Shown: positions 50,311 through 59,859 of the stretch, one piece after another
Layout: each line of letters starts with the position of its first letter
Numbering within the stretch: position 1 is the stretch's first letter
The notes under the pieces: model-generated
What the model was told of the DNA's origin: nothing
Database searches by the model: none
What the model saw: the letters and a program-made list of their open reading frames with translations, nothing else
Program-made: the position numbers and the translations under genes
Assembly (NCBI GenBank): GCA_036788695.1
Contig: DAIQMY010000001.1
Location: 1 to 59,859, forward strand
DNA from: Candidatus Levyibacteriota bacterium
Lineage (GTDB): Bacteria > Patescibacteriota > Microgenomatia > Levybacterales > GWA1-39-11
DNA: 59,859 nt
Direction of reading: 5' to 3'

Positions 50311-51102
50311 ATGAAATACTTTAGAGTTTTTGCAAATACATGGGGAGAAACACTCTCCTACCGCTTTAATTTTATCATGTGGAGATTTAGAGTTGTACTG
50401 CAGCTACTTACCATGTTCTTCCTATGGAACGCGCTTATCCCTAAAAACTCCACTCTTTTTGGATATTCTCAACCTCAGATGCTTACGTATATTTTAGGAA
50501 CAAGTCTTATGACATCTATTGTTATCGCAACAAGAACTGCAGAGATTGGAGATCAAATAAATAACGGAACGCTCTCAAATTTTCTTATCAGACCTATTTC
50601 CTATATGAAGTATTGGTTTGCTCGTGATCTAGGAGATAAGGCCATGAATTTAGTCTTCTCAATTATTGAAATTGCAATTCTTGTCATGATTTTTAAACCT
50701 AATCTTTTTATTCAAACACATCCTCAATATATTTTTCTAACGCTCATCTCTGCTCTTATATCTTTGACTATGTATTTTTATTTCAATTATCTCTTAGGTC
50801 TTTTAGGGTTTTGGAGTAATGAAATCTGGGGGCCTAGATTTATATTCTGGATTCTCCTTAATTTTTTTGCAGGCTCCCTATTCCCTTTAGATATTCTTCC
50901 AAATATAGTATTTAATGTGCTAAAGTTTCTCCCCTTCACGTATCTTCTCTACTTCCCACTTAAAATTTATCTAGGGCAATTAGCTATAAGCACAATCCTT
51001 GAGGGATTCATAATATCAATTCTATGGACGTTTATTCTTTATATTATGGTAAAGTTCACTTGGAATAAAGGTCTCAAGGTGTATGGCGCTGAAGGCCGAT
51101 AA
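50311..51102 (+). CDS. ABC-2 family permease, paralog of 48484..49281
   Basis: INNGTLSNFLIRP, LPFTYLLYFP. Confidence 0.9.
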   Translation: MKYFRVFANTWGETLSYRFNFIMWRFRVVLQLLTMFFLWNALIPKNSTLFGYSQPQMLTYILGTSLMTSIVIATRTAEIGDQINNGTLSNFLIRPISYMKYWFARDLGDKAMNLVFSIIEIAILVMIFKPNLFIQTHPQYIFLTLISALISLTMYFYFNYLLGLLGFWSNEIWGPRFIFWILLNFFAGSLFPLDILPNIVFNVLKFLPFTYLLYFPLKIYLGQLAISTILEGFIISILWTFILYIMVKFTWNKGLKVYGAEGR

Positions 51103-51205
51103 GGAAAAGAATCAAAGTAGCATAGCTGCAAAGAGACAATGCATTTTCTTTGAAACTCTGACTCTGTGACTCTTTGACTCTGTAATCATGTGAATCTCAT
51201 CTATC

Positions 51206-51988
51206 ATGAAAAAATACATTACTATTTGGTATAAATCAATGATTGCACAAGCGCAAATCGCGTTTGCTTCTCGTTTGGGTGTTATTTTATTTAGCATAGG
51301 AAAAGTTCTTCGGTTTGGTTTTTTCCTTATCTTTCTACTTCTTATTGGAAGTCGTACGCATGAAATTGGCGGGTACACTATTTGGGAAATGATATTTTTC
51401 TTCGCAACATTTAATTTAATTGACACAGTCCCTCAAATGATGCTCCGAAGCGTGTACAGTTTTAGGAGATTAGTTGTTTCAGGTGATTTTGATATTTTCT
51501 TTCTACAACCGGTACCAGCTCTTTTTAGAGCGCTACTAGGCGGATCAGATATACTTGATCTACCAATATTAATTCTTATAATTGGGTTTATAATCTACTC
51601 AGGATTGCATCTACCATCTTTTCCAGTTCTTGGAATATTTCTCTACATCATTTTAGTTTTAAACGCATTTTTGATTGCAATCGCATTCCATATTCTAGTG
51701 CTTTCCATAGGAATCGTCTCAACTGAGGTAGATAACACAATCATGCTATATCGTGACTTAACACAAATGGGACGAGTCCCGGTAACTATATATCGACAAG
51801 GGGTTTCTTTCCTGCTAACATTTGTGGTGCCTATTGGAATCATGATGACCTTCCCAGTGCAAGCACTTTTAGGCGCGTTAGGTTTACAGCTTATTCTCTA
51901 CTCATTTGCTATTGGGATTGGATTTTTAATCTTCTCTCTTTTTATCTGGCGTACTGCAATAAAACACTACACAAGCGCAAGTAGTTAG
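51206..51988 (+). CDS. ABC-2 family permease, paralog of 49284..50072
   Basis: GYTIWE, GDFDIFFLQP, GRVP, LTFVVP. Confidence 0.9.
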   Translation: MKKYITIWYKSMIAQAQIAFASRLGVILFSIGKVLRFGFFLIFLLLIGSRTHEIGGYTIWEMIFFFATFNLIDTVPQMMLRSVYSFRRLVVSGDFDIFFLQPVPALFRALLGGSDILDLPILILIIGFIIYSGLHLPSFPVLGIFLYIILVLNAFLIAIAFHILVLSIGIVSTEVDNTIMLYRDLTQMGRVPVTIYRQGVSFLLTFVVPIGIMMTFPVQALLGALGLQLILYSFAIGIGFLIFSLFIWRTAIKHYTSASS

Positions 51989-51992
51989 GGAG

Positions 51993-52301
51993 TTATTTAC
52001 CTTCTTGGGGTTCTTTATATGGTTCAGGGAAATGAGAATCTAAATTATTATCCACCCGCTCAAGTGCATTTCCAACACCTTTCGTAAAATCACGAGCAAC
52101 ATCGCCGGCTGCTCCTGCGGTATCCTGCGCAACCTCAGTAGGAGAATGACCAGTAGTAGACCCAAGGAAACCAAATGCTGCAACAACTGACGCTATTCCT
52201 AATTTATTTGCAATCTTCCATCTTCTAGACGAAGTGGGTTTTATGCCCTCGGGAGAACGCGAAACATACGCTTTATCATGTTCCCCAACTGTATCTACCA
52301 T
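51993..52301 (-). CDS. hypothetical single-TM protein
   Basis: ORF with a central hydrophobic segment; tandem promoters directly upstream. Confidence 0.65.
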   Translation of the reverse strand: MVDTVGEHDKAYVSRSPEGIKPTSSRRWKIANKLGIASVVAAFGFLGSTTGHSPTEVAQDTAGAAGDVARDFTKGVGNALERVDNNLDSHFPEPYKEPQEGK

Positions 52302-52307
52302 ACTGTA

Positions 52308-52372
52308 ATACTATTCCCAAAATACGGTAAATGTCAAGAAAGAGTTATACGGGGTTACAAAAATATTGTCAA
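52308..52372 (-). promoter_or_regulatory. two tandem sigma70 promoters
   Basis: TTGACA (52372-52367), 17 nt, TATAAC; TTGACA (52337-52332), 18 nt, TAGTAT lying 6 nt before ATG 52301. Confidence 0.7.
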
Positions 52373-52374
52373 AA

Positions 52375-52962
52375 TTACTTATTATACTTACTCATGTATA
52401 AATCTATCCCATGCTTTTGTAATAATAGAATGTCTTTTATGGTCTGCTTTATCATACTTGCAACCTTTCCTTTCTCATGCGTTTCAAATGTGCCCAAAAC
52501 GTAGTCACTCGTATCACTATGAGGTCCAACTCTACGCGCTTCTTTTCCTATTCCTATTCTAACTCTTAAAAATTTATCTGTTCCTAATTTTTCAATAATA
52601 TCTGAAACACCATTGTGTCCACCCCCAGAACCCCCAAAACGAATTCTGATTTTACCTAACGGCATATCCAATTCGTCATGAACAACAATAATATCTTCAA
52701 AAGAAACCTTGTAGTAATTTACATATGCTGCAACAGCTCTACCTGACTCATTCATGAAAGTAGTAGGCTTCATGAGGACTATTTTTTCACCATTTATGTC
52801 AAGCTCATGAATAAGTGCTTTCAGCTTCTTTTCTTCATTCCAAAATGTGTTTTTCGCCTTTGTAAGCTTTTGGAGTAAATGGTCTAATGCTAGGAATCCA
52901 AGATTGTGACGTGAGTTATTATATTTTTCGCCGGGGTTACCAAGTCCTACAATTAACTTCAT
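52375..52962 (-). CDS. pth: peptidyl-tRNA hydrolase
   Basis: LIVGLGNPG, RHNLGF, KPTTFMNESG, HDELD, GGHNG. Confidence 0.98.
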   Translation of the reverse strand: MKLIVGLGNPGEKYNNSRHNLGFLALDHLLQKLTKAKNTFWNEEKKLKALIHELDINGEKIVLMKPTTFMNESGRAVAAYVNYYKVSFEDIIVVHDELDMPLGKIRIRFGGSGGGHNGVSDIIEKLGTDKFLRVRIGIGKEARRVGPHSDTSDYVLGTFETHEKGKVASMIKQTIKDILLLQKHGIDLYMSKYNK

Positions 52963-53040
52963 GCTTCTCTAACATTATAGCACGCAAAATCAAGATGAAT
53001 GTGATCGTTCTCACTTAATATTTTCTCTGGCTCTGTGAAT

Positions 53041-54297
53041 CTAATAATTTTCACCTGGATTAGTTATTAAAACGTCATGAGGGTGGGATTCAGTAAGGGA
53101 GGCCTGAGTTATTTGAATAAATTGCGCTTTTTTCTGAAGCTCAGGAATTGTTTTTGCTCCCACATAAAACATTCCAGATTTTACTCCACCCAAAGCCTGA
53201 TCTAGTAAGTCCTTAACGTTTCCTTTTATAGGCACTAATCCCTCTACTCCCTCTGCCACGAGCACTTTATCTTTATATGACTTTCCATGATATTCATCTT
53301 CCGATTTAATTTTTGCTCCATGCTGCATAGCACCAACTGATCCCATTCCTCTATATTCCTTAAAGTAATATACCTCCTCCATTTTTTCAAGCGTTTGGGG
53401 AACAATTTCTACCAAATCTTCATTATTTTCGTGAATTGTAGCAGCCAACTCTTTTGTTTGTTTTCCGAAAATACTCTTAAACCTGGAGGGAACTAAAGAT
53501 TTTGTTAACTGTACTACTTTTCCAGGAGATTCCACGCAGGATGCAAAGTATGAACCCATCATGACAGTTGATGCTCCAGCCGCCAATGCCTTTATCATAT
53601 CACCTGAATATTTAATTCCTCCGTCAGCTATGACCGGAACGCCAAATTCTTTTGCCCCACGCACTGTTTCCATAATTGCAGTTACTTGAGGAACTCCCAT
53701 TCCTGAAATAATTCTAGTAGTACAAATTGCCCCGGGTCCCATACCCACTCTTAAACCATCAGCTCCAGCTTTTGCCAAATCTTTTGCAGCATCAAATGTT
53801 GCAATATTCCCCATGATAACATCTAGTTTAGGATATGTATTTTTAATAAATGCTAAAGCTTCAACGAATCTGTTTGTCCAACCATGAGCTGAATCAAGTA
53901 CAACAACGTCAACGCGGGCTTTAACCAATGCTTCAAGTCTTTCTTTATAACCTTCTGACACACCAATTGCCGCACCTACAAGAAGCGCTTGCTCTGATTC
54001 TGTTGTATGGGTCTTAACTTTGCTTACTTCACCTGCCTGATTTTCTATAGTTAGATTTCTATGAATAAACCCTATTCCACCCTCTCGGGCAAGTGCAATT
54101 GCAAGCGTACTTTCAGTAACAGTATCCATGGGAGCTGAAATTAAAGGAGTTTTTAAGGTAATGTTTTTTGTAAGTTTTGTGGACAAATCAATATCAGAGC
54201 GGGAAAAATCAGAATAACCGGGAGAAAGGAGTATGTCATCAAACGTGAGACCGATGGAAAAAGATGCTTGTGCTGAATTAGCCGAAGTACTTACCAT
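53041..54297 (-). CDS. guaB: IMP dehydrogenase (no CBS pair)
   Basis: [43 protein letters not shown]. Confidence 0.96.
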   Translation of the reverse strand: MVSTSANSAQASFSIGLTFDDILLSPGYSDFSRSDIDLSTKLTKNITLKTPLISAPMDTVTESTLAIALAREGGIGFIHRNLTIENQAGEVSKVKTHTTESEQALLVGAAIGVSEGYKERLEALVKARVDVVVLDSAHGWTNRFVEALAFIKNTYPKLDVIMGNIATFDAAKDLAKAGADGLRVGMGPGAICTTRIISGMGVPQVTAIMETVRGAKEFGVPVIADGGIKYSGDMIKALAAGASTVMMGSYFASCVESPGKVVQLTKSLVPSRFKSIFGKQTKELAATIHENNEDLVEIVPQTLEKMEEVYYFKEYRGMGSVGAMQHGAKIKSEDEYHGKSYKDKVLVAEGVEGLVPIKGNVKDLLDQALGGVKSGMFYVGAKTIPELQKKAQFIQITQASLTESHPHDVLITNPGENY

Positions 54298-54459
54298 GAT
54301 TAATGATATAGCAAGACACCTTATTTGTCAATATTATCTCAGGAAAAATGAGGTGAAGGAGTTGGAAGCTACCAGCTAGCTTACTTTGCTCATTAATAAT
54401 TGGGAGAATGTACTTCGAGTAGTTGTGATTTCGCACAAAATTTTAAAGTAATTTTTGTT

Positions 54460-54596
54460 TTTTGCCCCTCAGTCGCGGGTTCTTGACCTTAAATTTTCGT
54501 TGGAAAATCGCAGGGCAAGCGTTAAAAGTAAAATATACTTTACGTAAAACTTAGGTTATTAAAACTGTTTTGCCCCTCAGTCCTTGGCCTTGACCT
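54460..54596 (-). repeat. partial duplication of the 5S rRNA 3' end and flank
   Basis: TTTTGCCCCTCAGTC at 54460-54474 and 54568-54582; CTTGACCT at 54482-54489 and 54589-54596. Confidence 0.7.
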
Positions 54597-54701
54597 ATCT
54601 TCCCCTAGTGTGTAACACTAAAGTATTGTAGGCGCTGGTGCGTTTCACTTCTCTGTTCGGAATGGGAAGAGGTGGTACCACACCGCTCCAAAGACCAAAG
54701 A
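54581..54701 (-). rRNA. rrf: 5S rRNA
   Basis: CCCATTCCGAAC and AAGTGAAAC conserved segments; terminal helix; ends approximate. Confidence 0.93.
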
Positions 54702-54770
54702 CTCAAGGGCAAAACTTTTCAAACAAACTTCAAACTTATTCTTTCCTACCATTTGGTTTCTTAAAACCCA

Positions 54771-58130
<3,360 letters not shown>

Positions 58131-58432
58131 TAGATTCTAAAAAACCAATTCAAATAAAACCATGTGTTCGGCAAAGAAACATGGAACCCCGCCGAGCGGG
58201 ATTTTTGGCCTAGTTGTTTGTCACGTTCATATAATTGAACGTAATTTACCACGTTCAAAGACTGAACGTGGTCGTTTGTTTGTTATTTTCTCCCAATTAT
58301 TAATGAGCAAAAAACTTTCTCGTGTATTCGTACCTGACGGTGAGTAAAATTGCACTCAGCCGCTCAGGTACCAGTACACGAGCATTTCATATTTGATGTG
58401 CCTGCACTGAGGTCCGCCAAGGCGGACCGAAG

Positions 58433-58505
58433 TGGACCCAAGGAGATTCGAACTCCTGACCTCCTCATTGCAAATGAGGCGCACTACCAACTGTGCTATG
58501 GGCCC
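58433..58505 (-). tRNA. tRNA-Ala(TGC)
   Basis: GGGCCCA acceptor with G3.U70, anticodon stem CCTCA/TGAGG, loop TTTGCAA. Confidence 0.97.
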
Positions 58506-58726
58506 GAACGCGTTAGCGTGAGGGTCCACAAGGTTCTGAATTGTATTCAATTCAGGTTCTTATGGGCCAGACTAAAACATGAAAAAAATTTAACCCTGGA
58601 AATGTACAAGAAGTAAACTTTAAAACAATGAGGTAGAAACAGGGATCGACGTAGTTGTCGATTTGTAAAAGTTAATTTTTATTACCATCATAAACTATTC
58701 TTGATTTCCGAAAGGTAAAAACTATT

Positions 58727-59470
58727 CTAGCCAGATTTTAGCCTCTTGTCAAGCACTAGTTTAGGTTGTGGTACAGGTGTTTTTACACGGGGGAAATTAA
58801 CGTCAAAAAAGGCAAAGCCGTCCCGATTCATTGTCTCTCTATATTCTATGCCCAAAGCTCCTTTCGTATTCTTTTCATACTGAAAACCCTTTCCAAAGTT
58901 TGGGCTCCGTACTTCTTGCCATTCAGATGAAGGATTAGAAGTAGGTGGCTTCTGAAAAAACGTTTCATATGAACTAATCATGTCCTCCTTGCCCATCTGT
59001 GCCTTACTCCACCACGCCCGACCACCCCCACTTTCCATCATGTCACTTCTATCAGGATCTATTGCCCCATCTAAACCTAACCTTGTATGAATAGACAAAG
59101 TTTTTGCACCCTCCTCATGATGATGAACATAAACAGAAACAGTTGAATTTATCTCTTTATCTGAATTAACGTTCTGTGGCCAATACAGTTCATACGTTTG
59201 TAATGCCTCGTAAACATAATTAAAAACAAAGTGTTTTGAGAAGTCTTCGGGGTTTGCTTGTGTGATAAAAACTTTAAACGAATTCCAAAAGTCTGCATTT
59301 TTTCTCATGTCTACACGCTTATTCATGAGTTGAAGAAAATATGCTGCAACAATAGGGACTTCCGGTTTTTTAACTTCAGGGGAATCCTCTATTCCTGCGT
59401 TTATCCCAAGTGCAGCAGCACCAACAACAGCCGCGCCACCAATCAATAATTCACGCCTGCTCAAACCCAT
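58727..59470 (-). CDS. hypothetical protein with twin-arginine-like N-terminus
   Basis: MGLSRRELLIGGAAVVGAAALG; TATAAT lies 7 nt before ATG. Confidence 0.75.
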   Translation of the reverse strand: MGLSRRELLIGGAAVVGAAALGINAGIEDSPEVKKPEVPIVAAYFLQLMNKRVDMRKNADFWNSFKVFITQANPEDFSKHFVFNYVYEALQTYELYWPQNVNSDKEINSTVSVYVHHHEEGAKTLSIHTRLGLDGAIDPDRSDMMESGGGRAWWSKAQMGKEDMISSYETFFQKPPTSNPSSEWQEVRSPNFGKGFQYEKNTKGALGIEYRETMNRDGFAFFDVNFPRVKTPVPQPKLVLDKRLKSG

Positions 59471-59516
59471 GAGTTTGATTATATTCCCACGATAGAACTA
59501 AATCAAACTGAAGAAA

Positions 59517-59695
59517 TTACTTAGGAGATTGTTGATTTCGAAGCCATTTCTCTACATCAAGGCCAGCCCCTGAGATTACTCAGGGCGAGTAGCTGACCTT
59601 AGGATGCATTCTGCATCCTGAACGGAAAGGTTTCTACAGTAGCGGGGAACTAAGGTTGTTGATTTCGAAGCCATTTCTCTACATCAAGGCCAGCC
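59517..59695 (-). repeat. 40-bp exact duplication of the trxB 3' end with hairpin spacer
   Basis: 59529-59568 is identical to 59656-59695; the copy ends QQSPK*TAA, the gene ends QQP*TAG. Confidence 0.95.
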
Positions 59696-59859
59696 ATACA
59701 TCCAAACGCTGCGGCGGTTACTGCTTGTTGATACTGTGCATCATGTAAGTCTCCCTCCACAAAAACCCCCTCTAGGTTTGTCTTTTTGTGATCAAAAGTC
59801 TTAATAAAAACCTTCTCATCTGTTTCAATATTCGCAAATACCTTGGAATTAGGCATATG
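59650..59859 (-). CDS. trxB: thioredoxin reductase, C-terminal fragment (cut by window edge)
   Basis: [31 protein letters not shown]. Confidence 0.88.
   Translation of the reverse strand, partial: HMPNSKVFANIETDEKVFIKTFDHKKTNLEGVFVEGDLHDAQYQQAVTAAAFGCMAGLDVEKWLRNQQP

Noticed and set aside
51155-51183. GACTCT micro-repeat
   Set aside because: Four short degenerate units, likely slippage.
53015-53058. Possible tail copy after guaB (CCAGAGAAAATATTAA vs CCAGGTGAAAATTATTAG)
   Set aside because: Short, AT-rich and gapped, with no spacer hairpin; may be chance.
58692-58728. 10-bp direct repeat AAACTATTCT at a TAG stop
   Set aside because: Too short and AT-rich to count as a tail duplication.

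Overview
AT-rich bacterial chromosome window. Gene content, an rRNA operon without 16S, a 23S group I intron and many apparently leaderless genes suggest Patescibacteria/CPR, Microgenomates-like (inference, not a database result). Core genes: uppP, WecB/TagA glycosyltransferase, mreB, a histidine kinase and receiver, comEA-comEC-MBL, leuS, rho, radA, an S1 protein, eno, gpmA, an ABC-2 exporter, pth, guaB, partial trxB, three tRNAs, 23S and 5S. Main signal: several genes are followed by a copy of their own 3' end. A short spacer separates gene and copy, and it folds into a hairpin with the start of the copy. At rho this forms an array of 8 extra tails. Two of these differ from the gene by 8 substitutions in 39 nt yet encode the identical peptide [12 protein letters not shown]. 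The same architecture occurs at mreB, an HTH gene, a membrane-protein gene, trxB and, more weakly, 5S rRNA. No enzyme for this process is identified in the window. Other notable items: a 1541-aa protein fusing two integrase core-binding domains to a TM helix and a fibre-like ectodomain; LeuRS with an inserted alpha/beta hydrolase; a GC-rich Shine-Dalgarno-led island; and a pair of small paralogs between two tRNA-Thr genes.
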